DNA of 50,099 bases from an uncultured Myxococcales bacterium. Lineage in GTDB: Bacteria; Myxococcota_A; UBA9160; UBA4427. Both the position numbers and the translations under genes were made by a program. The notes below the pieces were generated by a model. The model saw nothing but the letters and a program-made list of their open reading frames with translations. It had not been told where the DNA came from and searched no databases. Positions 19,541 to 27,913 of this stretch are shown one piece after another. Position 1 is the stretch's first letter, and every line of letters starts with the position of its first letter. The stretch spans positions 1 through 50,099 of the forward strand of contig CBDUYG010000001.1 in the NCBI GenBank assembly GCA_965371385.1, given 5' to 3'.

Positions 19541-20941
19541 TCAGCTCGGCCTCGGACTCCGCCGGACCCGGATCCGCAGCCCCTCGACCGTCACGATCTC
19601 GACCGACTCGCCTTCCGCGATCTCCTCATCCGCCTCGGCGTTCCAATATTCGCCGCGAACGAAGACTGTCCCGTCACTTCCGATCGGGCTCACGGCCTTG
19701 CCCACCAGACCGACGAGCTCGTCCGTTCCCGTGATCTGCTGGTGGAAGATCGATCTACCCACCGCGAAGACGACGAGGCCACCGAAGATCCCGACTCCCA
19801 CGACCGAGGGGAGCAGGACCCGCCAGAAGGAGATCGTGAGATCACTGAGATCGGGTTGATCGAAGAGCATGCTACCCCCCAGGAGAAGACAGCCGAGTCC
19901 CACGACGAGGAACGCCCCCATGGAGGGAACAAAGAGCTCCATTACGACGCACACGAGGCCGGCCGTGACGAGGATCAGACCTACCCAGGAGAAGGGCAGG
20001 ATCTGGAACGCGATCGCCGCGAGCACGAGGCAGACGATTCCCAGAACGCCGGGCACGATGAGCCCCGGACTGTTGAACTCCGCGTAGAGCCCCAGCGCCC
20101 CGGCCATGAAGAGCAGCATCGCGACGTTGGGATCGGAGAGAAAATTGAAGAGCGTCTGTACGAGAGTCATTTCCTGGGGCACGACCCTGGCCCCGGCCAG
20201 ATTCAAGGTCACTTCACGGCCTTTCACGTTGACGACTCGGCCCTCGATTGCCTCGAGGAGCTCTCCCCGACTACCCGCGATGAGGTCGATGACTCCCAGC
20301 TCGAGGGCTTTGTCCTCACTGATCGCAACCGATTCACGCACCGCCTTGACGACCCACTCGACGTTGCGCTCACGCTCCTGGGCGATCGATTCCATCATCG
20401 CCGCGAGGGCGTTCTCCGCCTTCTCCGCCCCGACGTCCACCGCCGGCCCCTGCAGCCCCGGTCCCTGTTCCTCACCCGAAGGCGCGGGTTGACGGCTCGT
20501 TCCCCCGCCCGGCGATACCGGATGGGCTGCGCCGATGCTGGTTCCCGGCGCCATCGCGGCCACGTTCGCCGCAACCGTGATGAACGTCCCCGCCGAGATC
20601 GCCCAGCCCCCCCGCGGCGTCACGTAGACGATGGTCGGGACGTCGGCGTTGAGCATGGCCTGCAGAATGTCCCGCGTCGCCGAAACGAGCCCTCCCGGCG
20701 TATCCATCTCGATCAGCAGGGCGGAGGCGCCTTCCTCCTCACTGCGCTCGATCGCCTGGATGAGATAGTCAGCCGACGCGGGATTGATCGACCCCTTGAT
20801 GGTGACGAGGTAGATCGGACCCGGGGATCCCGTGCTCTCCTGGGAGCTCACGAGATCCGCGGCAATGAGTCCCACTCCAAGACAGAGGAGCAGGCAGGCG
20901 AGACTTCGCAGGATCGGGCTCCTTCGATCTCGAGTTCTCAT
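19541..20941 (-). CDS. nfeD: NfeD-family membrane-bound ClpP-class serine protease
   Basis: 466 aa. Signal/TM segment, ClpP/S49-like domain (LIEMDTPGGLV...SAGTFI...APGTSIGAAHPV), a multi-TM middle and a C-terminal NfeD OB-fold (VFVRGEYWNAEADEEIAEGESVEIV). Confidence 0.85.
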   Translation of the reverse strand: MRTRDRRSPILRSLACLLLCLGVGLIAADLVSSQESTGSPGPIYLVTIKGSINPASADYLIQAIERSEEEGASALLIEMDTPGGLVSATRDILQAMLNADVPTIVYVTPRGGWAISAGTFITVAANVAAMAPGTSIGAAHPVSPGGGTSRQPAPSGEEQGPGLQGPAVDVGAEKAENALAAMMESIAQERERNVEWVVKAVRESVAISEDKALELGVIDLIAGSRGELLEAIEGRVVNVKGREVTLNLAGARVVPQEMTLVQTLFNFLSDPNVAMLLFMAGALGLYAEFNSPGLIVPGVLGIVCLVLAAIAFQILPFSWVGLILVTAGLVCVVMELFVPSMGAFLVVGLGCLLLGGSMLFDQPDLSDLTISFWRVLLPSVVGVGIFGGLVVFAVGRSIFHQQITGTDELVGLVGKAVSPIGSDGTVFVRGEYWNAEADEEIAEGESVEIVTVEGLRIRVRRSPRPS

Positions 20942-22149
20942 CGGCGACGCTCTGCGCTCAGCTTCTGGATCCGGTCGAGCAGCTCGGCCGCGACCTGATC
21001 CTTCGGCAGCAGCGCAAGCTCTTCAACCTCTCCGCCGGGCCAGACGAAGCTCACGGCGTTCGTGTCCACGTTGAAGCCTGAATCGCTCCTGGAGACATCG
21101 TTGGCGACCAGCAGGTCGCATCCCTTGCGAGCCAGCTTGCGCTGAGCCGCCGAGATGACGTCGTGGGTCTCGGCGGCAAACCCAACCACGATCCGCTCGC
21201 CGGGCTCGCGGCATACCTCGGCCAGAATGTCGGGGTTGGCAACCAGCTCGAGGGTGAGGCGATCCGGCGACGCGAGGCTCTCCTTCTTGATCTTGCGCCG
21301 GCTCGGGTTCGCGGGACGGAAGTCGGAGACGGCCGCAGCCTTGACCACGATGCTGGCGGCCGGAAGCTCGGACAGGACGGCCTCTCGCATCTCGAGGGCC
21401 GTCTCGACGTCGATGCGCCTGACACCAAGAGGAGTGCAAAGCGGGGTCAACCCGGCGATCAGGACGACCTCGGCCGAGCGCCGGGCCGCTTCGGCCGCGA
21501 TCGCGAAGCCCATCCTTCCCGACGAGTGGTTGGTCAGGCGGCGAACCGAGTCCAGCGGCTCTCCCGTGCCTCCCGCCGTCACCACCACCACCTCGCCCTG
21601 CAAGCTCTTCGGGGTCAACGCGGCCACCGCCGCTTCCGCGATCCGGGCCGGGTCCGACATTCGGCCCTCGCCCTGCCAACCACACGCCAGCTCTCCCGAG
21701 TCGGGTCCGATTCGGAGGACACCCCGTTCTTCGAGCCTCTCGAGGTTGTTTCGGGTCGCAGGGTGGTTCCACATGTTGACGTTCATGGCGGGAGCGATCA
21801 GCACCGGCGCCCGGGTCGCGAGCAGCACCGCGGTGACCATGTCGTCTGCGATGCCATGATTCATTCTGGCCATCAAATTGGCCGTTATGGGTGCCACGAT
21901 GACGAGCTCGGCCCAATCGGCCAGGGAGATGTGATCGATCTCGCCTTCTTCACTGGGGTCGAAGAGATCGCTGCGGACCGCACTCCCCGTCAATGTCTGC
22001 AGGACCAGGGGCGAGACGAAGCGGCACGCCTCTCGGGTGAGGACGCAGCGGATCGTGTGACCCTGGGCGCTGAGCTCGCGTACCAGCTCCGGGACCTTGT
22101 AGGCCGCGATTCCGCCCGAGACGGCGATCAGAATGCGGCGCGGATCCAT
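20938..22149 (-). CDS. coaBC: Bifunctional phosphopantothenoylcysteine decarboxylase / phosphopantothenate-cysteine ligase
   Basis: Family start MDPRRILIAVSGGIAAYK at 22149; the tracked ORF extends to 22230. PAMNVNMW, and a CoaB half with VTAGGTGEPLD...NHSSGRMG. Confidence 0.9.
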   Translation of the reverse strand: MDPRRILIAVSGGIAAYKVPELVRELSAQGHTIRCVLTREACRFVSPLVLQTLTGSAVRSDLFDPSEEGEIDHISLADWAELVIVAPITANLMARMNHGIADDMVTAVLLATRAPVLIAPAMNVNMWNHPATRNNLERLEERGVLRIGPDSGELACGWQGEGRMSDPARIAEAAVAALTPKSLQGEVVVVTAGGTGEPLDSVRRLTNHSSGRMGFAIAAEAARRSAEVVLIAGLTPLCTPLGVRRIDVETALEMREAVLSELPAASIVVKAAAVSDFRPANPSRRKIKKESLASPDRLTLELVANPDILAEVCREPGERIVVGFAAETHDVISAAQRKLARKGCDLLVANDVSRSDSGFNVDTNAVSFVWPGGEVEELALLPKDQVAAELLDRIQKLSAERRR

Positions 22150-22395
22150 CAGTCGCCCTCTCCTCTCTCCCGGTCTCTCCAAGCTCCCCCCGGACTCTCC
22201 CCAGGATCCCGTCGGGCCTCGGCGGGACATTCTGGCTCCAATTCATTGCCGACGGACGGGTCCGCACCGGGGGAGTGAAACGCTTCCAGAACGCGAGCTT
22301 ACACGACGCCGTGCGCAGCTCCAAGAGAATGCTCCGCTCCCCCCACGGCGCGCCGGAGCCGACCAAGGATCAGATCCCGGCCTCGCCAGAGCGAA

Positions 22396-23622
22396 TCAGA
22401 TCCGCGCGAGCTTCTCGTTGAGATTTTTGGAGACGATCGGCGGCACGAAGTCGTCAATGTTGGCGCCGAAGCGCACCAGCTCCTTGAGCCGTGAAGAGCT
22501 CACATAGAGGTGCTCCTGTCGCGTCATCATGTAGAGCACCTCGAGATCCGGGTCGAGGTGGCGATTCATCAGCGCCATCTCGAACTCGTACTCGAAATCC
22601 GCGCTGGCGCGCAGGCCTCGCAGGATCACCGTGGCGCCGATCTCGCGCGCGTACTCGACGACCAACCCGGAGAAGCCCTGGACCCTGACGCCCGCATGAC
22701 CGGCCAACACCTCGTTCAGCATCTCGAGCCGCTCATCGAAGCTGAACGTTCCCGTCTTGCCGACGTTGATCGCAACGGCGACGATGACCTCATCGAAAAT
22801 CCTGCAAGCGCGCTCGATGAGATCGAGATGGCCGTTCGTCATGGGATCGAAGCTCGCGGGGAAGAGAGCCACTGTGGTTCCCGGCGGGCCACCGGGCGTC
22901 TGCCGTCGGGTCCTGGCGTTCGGCTGCTTCTTTGACACCTCGGAGCTCTCCTCTCGTTCGCGTACGGGTCGCTGCGGTCTTTCGCAGCCGGTGCTGCTCG
23001 CCTCATCCGTGACATCGGCGACGAGTCGTGTGATCAAGGTATCTCCCGTGGAGCGCTGATCCAGGATCACGAACCCATCGGCCATGGGAAAAGAATGGCG
23101 CTTTGCGGTCTCGATCACCACCGCCCCCTCGGTCGCGAGCAAACGAGCCTCTCGAACTGCACGCAAGCTGCGCGTCACCTCGTCGGAATCGTAGGGAGGA
23201 TCCAGGAAGATCAGATCGAACTCCCTGCCCTGCTTGCCGAGCCGGCGGAGAGAGGGCGGCGCGTCACCTCGTATCACCTCGCTGACGCCCTCCAGGTCCA
23301 GGGCCTCGAGATTCTTGCGCAGGGCGCGCAGGGAGGCCACGGCCCGATCGATGAAGACCACATGTGCAGCCCCTCGGGAAATCGACTCGATCCCCAGCGA
23401 ACCGATTCCGGAGTAGACATCCAGAACACGCACCTGTGAGAGATCCCCGAGTCGCGCAAAGAGTGACTCGCGGACTCGGTCCGACGTCGGACGCACTCCC
23501 CGGGAAGGCGAAACCAGGATGCGACTCCCGAGATAACCACCGACCACTCGCACTGCCAACCCCGATGCAAAAAAGAGATCCCGCTTCGAAGTGGCTACTG
23601 AGCCCCTCGGACGAGTCCCCAT
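22396..23622 (-). CDS. rsmD/coaD: In-frame fusion of 16S rRNA m2G966 methyltransferase RsmD and phosphopantetheine adenylyltransferase CoaD
   Basis: Single 408-codon ORF. Residues ~20-200 are RsmD (RPTSDRVRESLFARL, VLDVYSGIGSLGIESISRGA, FLDPPY). Residues 201-247 form a charged linker. Residues ~248-408 are CoaD (ALFPASFDPMTNGHLDLIERA...ILRGLRASADFEYE). There is no stop codon between the halves. Confidence 0.8.
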   Translation of the reverse strand: MGTRPRGSVATSKRDLFFASGLAVRVVGGYLGSRILVSPSRGVRPTSDRVRESLFARLGDLSQVRVLDVYSGIGSLGIESISRGAAHVVFIDRAVASLRALRKNLEALDLEGVSEVIRGDAPPSLRRLGKQGREFDLIFLDPPYDSDEVTRSLRAVREARLLATEGAVVIETAKRHSFPMADGFVILDQRSTGDTLITRLVADVTDEASSTGCERPQRPVREREESSEVSKKQPNARTRRQTPGGPPGTTVALFPASFDPMTNGHLDLIERACRIFDEVIVAVAINVGKTGTFSFDERLEMLNEVLAGHAGVRVQGFSGLVVEYAREIGATVILRGLRASADFEYEFEMALMNRHLDPDLEVLYMMTRQEHLYVSSSRLKELVRFGANIDDFVPPIVSKNLNEKLARI

Positions 23623-24025
23623 CCTTTTCCCAGAGAAATGTTACACATCTTTCACGAATCTGGTTTCTCGAACGATCGTCCCGAAAAATTGGAGCTTTCC
23701 CCTATACACCGACAAGGAAACACCGGGCCCCCGACCGCGCATCAGTGCATTTCCGAGCGATGTCATTCGGTGTTCATGACACCAGCCGGTTTCTACACCA
23801 TAGCCGGGTACGACATCCCTGTACCGATCCGTGCATGCAAGCTCCGGCTGAGCCGTTGCGAGCGGCACCAGGGGTTGTAGGCCGGTACACCGATGTATAC
23901 ACTGCCGCCGCCGAGCACGAAGAGATGCGACGCAAGAGTGTTACACGACTACACGAGAGAGAATCCAGAACGAGTTATTTTGCCACACCAGTGAACCGCG
24001 AGTGAGTAGGCAGGGTCACTCGACT

Positions 24026-24345
24026 CGGAAAAGACAGGCAGAGAGACAGGCAGAGAGACAGGCAGAGAGACAGAGAGGCAGGCAGAGCAAGCGAACGCAA
24101 GAAGACGAGAGCAGGCAGGCGCAGAGACGCGTCGAGGCCAGCCAGCAGCAGCAGCAGCAGCAACAACAACGAGCAGTAGAGCGCAGCCAAGAGCAAAGCA
24201 AAGAGCAAGGCGAGGCGAGGCGAAACGGAATCCAGCAAGACCAATTCATCGATCGACTACGAGGTCGCAGGACCGAAAGCTCGATCGGCAGCATGGAATG
24301 GAATGGAATGGATAGGCACGAACGAATGAACGAACGAACAACCAA
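24026..24345 (+). repeat. T-depleted microsatellite tract
   Basis: 24026-24131 contains no T on the + strand (106 nt), and 24026-24240 has only 3 T. It contains (GACAGGCAGAGA)x3 at 24033-24068, (AGC)x6(AAC)x3 at 24144-24170, (TGGAA)x3 at 24294-24308, and GAAC/GAAT repeats at about 24319-24345. Confidence 0.8.
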
Positions 24346-24557
24346 CGAGCGCGATTCCAGAGATCGACGAACACCCGCGAGATCTAGCGCCAACGATCCA
24401 AGGTGCACGACAAGATAGAGCCAGAAAAGATCCAGGAAGGATCGAAGAAAGGTCCACGAAAGGTCTCAGGGGAGTTCGAATGTTTCGAACAGAAGCGGTG
24501 CAAGAGCAGCAAGGGCTGCAGAGCATCATCGCGCACTTGAATGAAAAAGGAATCATC

Positions 24558-24794
24558 ATGGCTACAGCCGCAGTTCAACGACTCAAACGGAAGCTCCCCG
24601 AAAGGATCGCCCAGGTACGTGGCAATCGGTCCCAGCGGCAGTTCGCGCGGGATCTCGGTGTGTTCCAGCAGAACGTCAACCGCTACGAGAATGGCACCAC
24701 GCCGCACACCGACTTTCTCATCACCCTCGCTCTCAAGGAGAGTGTCTCTCTCGACTGGCTGCTCCTGGGCAAGGGACGACCGAAGAAGAAGTAG
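24558..24794 (+). CDS. XRE / CI-Cro-family HTH transcriptional regulator
   Basis: RSQRQFARDLGVFQQNVNRYENGTTPHTDFLITLA...LDWLLLGKG. The ATG at 24558 has an AAGGA SD 7 nt upstream. The tracked ORF starts at 24480. Confidence 0.7.
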   Translation: MATAAVQRLKRKLPERIAQVRGNRSQRQFARDLGVFQQNVNRYENGTTPHTDFLITLALKESVSLDWLLLGKGRPKKK

Positions 24795-24847
24795 CGACGC
24801 TGCGAGCATTCTCGGAGGGTCCTCCGTGACCCTCCCGGATTCTGGAT

Positions 24848-24882
24848 CCCGGGTTGGCGTATTGCCAACCCGGGGTTTTTTT
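24848..24882 (+). terminator. Rho-independent terminator
   Basis: CCCGGGTTGGC-gtatt-GCCAACCCGGG is an 11-bp perfect stem followed by G + TTTTTTT, 54 nt after the XRE stop. A second hairpin (GGAGGGTC-ctccgt-GACCCTCC) precedes it. Confidence 0.75.
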
Positions 24883-25124
24883 CGGTCGCCATGCAGCTCC
24901 GCTGAGAGACGATTTTTCGAGTTGTCGAGGCCGGCTCGAAAGTGGTAGACGGGTACATACTCCCCCTGGGCTGTCCCTCCGCCTGCCGCTTCTCGCGCCG
25001 GCAGCATCCTCCCACAAGCCTGCCCGTCACCTGATCATTGTCACCTCGAACGGGTGCGAGGCACGCTTCTTGCTCTTCTCACCGCGCAGGGGGCGAGAGC
25101 ACCGGTCAGGTCCCGGTCGAAAGG

Positions 25125-25472
25125 ATGAGTCAATTGATCTTGCGCACGACGGCAATCGCGACCCTGGTGCTGACGGGGGCCGACCATTGGACCACCTACG
25201 TCTGCCTACGGGAGCCGATCATGGGATGGAGCGTAATCGAGGCCAACCCGTTCGTGGACCTGCTCTTCAGCACCACGGGTCTCATGGGCGGACTGGCAAT
25301 CGACAGCCTCTTCACTCTTGCCGTCGTGGTGTTCCTCTTTCAAACGAAGGCACTGTCCCGGAGCGCCAAGCAGGCCTTCCTCAGCATGATCGTCCTCATG
25401 ACCGGCTATGCCGTCGTGAACAACATCCAGGCGATCTCGGCCCTCGGCATCTCGCCGTTGGGGATCGGATAG
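25125..25472 (+). CDS. Small polytopic membrane protein, possibly DUF5658-like
   Basis: About 115 aa from the ATG at 25125 (SD AAAGG). 3-4 TM helices and an EANPF motif. The stop is 3 nt before the SLT gene. The family assignment is from memory and is weak. Confidence 0.45.
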   Translation: MSQLILRTTAIATLVLTGADHWTTYVCLREPIMGWSVIEANPFVDLLFSTTGLMGGLAIDSLFTLAVVVFLFQTKALSRSAKQAFLSMIVLMTGYAVVNNIQAISALGISPLGIG

Positions 25473-25475
25473 AAG

Positions 25476-26165
25476 ATGCAAAGATTCTTCGTGATCAGCA
25501 TGCTCCTCGCCGGGCTCGGCGCCATGTCGTGCCAACCGATCCAGCTCGCGCTGGCGCACACGTCTCGTGATTCGCTCAGCGCTGGACTTCCCGCCGTATC
25601 GGCTCCGGAGGCCTCCGCCGCGGACATCGCGGCGCCCGCCGGACCCGAATCCCTTGCCGACGCCCTGGCGACGATCGAGATCGACCCCGATGAGCTGGTG
25701 GCCCTCGACTTTCTGCGTGAGCGACACACCGGCCTCTCGGACTTCGAGGAAGAGAGCCTCGCCCGAACGATCATCGAGCAGGCCCGCAAGAACAACCTCG
25801 AGGTCGCCCTCGTGCTGGCGGTGATCCGTGTCGAAAGCGGGGGCTACGCCCGAGCGCGCTCGCCGGTGGGCGCCCTGGGACTGATGCAGCTCCTGCCCTC
25901 GACCGCTGAAGAAGTCGCTCTGCGGCTCGGCGAAGACTGGCGCGGAGCGGAATCTCTCTTCGACCCGGAGCTCAACGTCAGGCTCGGAATCGACTACCTG
26001 AAGCGTCTCTCGGACCGCTACGGCAGCGTCCATACCGCGCTCGCGGCGTACAACTGGGGACCGGGGCGGATCGACCGGCGCATGCGCAACGGCCACCGAA
26101 TCCCGTCGGTCTATATCCAGCAGGTCATGAAGGCCTATGACGCCACCACGAGCTCCCGCTCGTGA
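25476..26165 (+). CDS. Lipoprotein lytic transglycosylase (SLT domain)
   Basis: 229 aa. Lipobox LGAMSC. SLT catalytic region ALVLAVIRVESGGY...GALGLMQLLPSTA...AYNWGPGRI. Confidence 0.85.
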   Translation: MQRFFVISMLLAGLGAMSCQPIQLALAHTSRDSLSAGLPAVSAPEASAADIAAPAGPESLADALATIEIDPDELVALDFLRERHTGLSDFEEESLARTIIEQARKNNLEVALVLAVIRVESGGYARARSPVGALGLMQLLPSTAEEVALRLGEDWRGAESLFDPELNVRLGIDYLKRLSDRYGSVHTALAAYNWGPGRIDRRMRNGHRIPSVYIQQVMKAYDATTSSRS

Positions 26166-26218
26166 GATGACCCGAGTCGGTACCAGCTCGGATCCGCGCC
26201 CGAGCCAGACGAGCTCGT

Positions 26219-27703
26219 TCAGGGCTCCGTCAGCACAGAGACGAAACGATCGATCGCGCCCATCGCCCGCTCGTCGCTCACGGTGTAATCGTTCACCAGG
26301 ATCGAGAAGAGGAGCAGCTCGTGCTCATCGCTCCCGCCGCCCTTCACCGGGCTCCAGGCGTAACCGGAGAGTGCGCTCGTCTGATTCAAGAGGCCGGTCT
26401 TTCCCCGAACCCGGTCCGATGAAGCGCGAGTCCGCTTCTTCAGCGTGCCGTCGCGGCCGGCAATCGGAAGCGAGGCCCCAAACTCGGGGCCGAAGCGGAA
26501 GGAGTTGCGCGCGATCCGGAGCGCCTGCACGAACGCCCAGGGTGAGGCGCGGTTCTCGTAGGAGAGGCCCGAGCCATCGACCAGGTCGAAGCCTTCCGGC
26601 TTGACGCCCAGCTCGACCAGCCTCCGGCGCATCTCCGGGACGCCATTCTCCCAGCTCCCGGTGCCGGCGCTCGCTGCCGCACCGAGCCCCTTCACCAGCG
26701 TCTCCCCGATCACGTTGTTGCTGTACTTCATGAAGAGATCGACGATCTCCGCGACCGAGCGCCCCTCGAACTCGAGGATCTCGTACGCCTCGGCGGGCAT
26801 CCCCCCCAGGCGCAGCTTGCCCCCGACCTCGATGCCGTTGGCTTCGAGCTGCATGCGAAACACCGATCCGGCGTACTTCGTGGGGTCGAGGACGCTGCGG
26901 TAGTAGGTCTTGGGCGAATCCCCCTGGCGCATGGTTCCGCGCACCCGCACGACCTCGTCCCCTTCGCCGGCAATGCGATCGACGACGAGCGTTCGCCGGC
27001 GTCCGGGGGCGGTCGTCGTGCCCCGGTTGGCGAGACGCAGATAGGGAATCGCGGGGTTGATCTCGACTCGGAGAGGATCTCCCACCTTCTCACCCGGCCG
27101 GGTCGTGACCGCGAAGGCGCCGTAGTTGACGTTGAGGGCCCCGACCGGACCGTGATACGCGCGCGACGAGATCCCTTTCAGCGTCGGATTCCAGCGCTCC
27201 CGATCGAGAGCCGAATCATCGAGCACGAGGTCGCCCGTCACATGCCGCAGCCCCGTCGCGCGCAGCTCGGCCGCGAGACGCCACCAATCCTCGGCATTGA
27301 TCGCCGGATCCCCCGCGCCCCGCACCCCGAGCTGGCCGACCCGACCTTCGGCATCCGGGGGCCGATCGCTCCAGATGCGGGTCTCGAAGCGGTGGGCCGG
27401 CCCGAATCCGTCGAGAGCGGCGACGGCTGTCAGAATCTTGACGTTGGAGGCTGGAATCAACTTTCGATCCGCCCTGGACTGGTAGAGGACCTTCCCGTCG
27501 CGATCCCGGACGACGAGGGCCGAGACCTTGGCATCCCGCAGCTCCCGTGACTGAAGAATCTCCTCGAGGCGCGCCGAGCGGGAACGAAAGTCGTCGTTCG
27601 AGCGGCCAGGCGTGGGCTCGGCAGGGGAAATCGGGCCCAGCACGGCCGCCAGCGAGCAGAGGGCTCCGACCAGCCCGATGGCACCCCACAGCCTCTTTCG
27701 CAT
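26219..27703 (-). CDS. dacB: D-alanyl-D-alanine carboxypeptidase/endopeptidase, PBP4 type (peptidase S13)
   Basis: Signal peptide from MRKRLWGAIGLVGAL (ATG at 27703; the tracked ORF extends to 27787). SxxK as PASNVK, plus DGSGLS and GKTG motifs. Confidence 0.85.
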   Translation of the reverse strand: MRKRLWGAIGLVGALCSLAAVLGPISPAEPTPGRSNDDFRSRSARLEEILQSRELRDAKVSALVVRDRDGKVLYQSRADRKLIPASNVKILTAVAALDGFGPAHRFETRIWSDRPPDAEGRVGQLGVRGAGDPAINAEDWWRLAAELRATGLRHVTGDLVLDDSALDRERWNPTLKGISSRAYHGPVGALNVNYGAFAVTTRPGEKVGDPLRVEINPAIPYLRLANRGTTTAPGRRRTLVVDRIAGEGDEVVRVRGTMRQGDSPKTYYRSVLDPTKYAGSVFRMQLEANGIEVGGKLRLGGMPAEAYEILEFEGRSVAEIVDLFMKYSNNVIGETLVKGLGAAASAGTGSWENGVPEMRRRLVELGVKPEGFDLVDGSGLSYENRASPWAFVQALRIARNSFRFGPEFGASLPIAGRDGTLKKRTRASSDRVRGKTGLLNQTSALSGYAWSPVKGGGSDEHELLLFSILVNDYTVSDERAMGAIDRFVSVLTEP

Positions 27704-27739
27704 TCGACCTCTTCGACCTCCCCGAAAAACGGGTACAAT

Positions 27740-27768
27740 TCTCGCGACTTTTGTCCACCGTCGCGAGA
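27740..27768. promoter_or_regulatory. 9-bp perfect inverted repeat, a candidate operator or 5' hairpin, next to a TACAAT -10-like hexamer
   Basis: TCTCGCGAC-N11-GTCGCGAGA sits directly after TACAAT (27734-27739) in the dacB / spmAB divergent spacer. Confidence 0.3.
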
Positions 27769-27913
27769 TGGTGGTCGCCCGGGACACACCGCGGGTCCGC
27801 CCGCCTGCGATCCAGGTTGATCGGCTGGTGCCGCTCGACCCTTTCGTCCGATCGGTGTCTCTTGGGGGGATGAGCTGATCGACACGTCGAAGGAGAGTTG
27901 AGTTCCTTCACGT

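Noticed and set aside
22870-22872. Internal GTG that would give a stand-alone CoaD (VALFPASFDP...) and make rsmD and coaD separate genes
   Set aside because: No stop codon terminates the RsmD frame upstream, so the fusion reading is what the sequence shows. The GTG may still serve as an additional internal start.
23636-23950. Two copies of TGTTACAC (about 23640 and about 23938), and possible ncRNA or tRNA in the 23623-24000 gap
   Set aside because: An 8-mer repeated once is not significant. No cloverleaf, RNase P, SRP, tmRNA or riboswitch-like conserved motifs were recognised.
24002-24418. 138-aa ORF across the T-free tract (QAERQAERQAERQ..., poly-Q)
   Set aside because: Its sequence is dictated by the microsatellites, and it uses AGA/AGG/CAA codons that are atypical for the neighbouring genes. 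The mirror ORF 23975-24244 (poly-Leu) is equally artefactual. Treated as non-coding pending expression data.
27709-27739. Sigma70-type promoter TTCGAC-N16-TACAAT for the spmAB-amgK-murU genes
   Set aside because: The -35 match is poor and promoter consensus in this lineage is unknown. Only the adjacent inverted repeat is kept, as a low-confidence feature.
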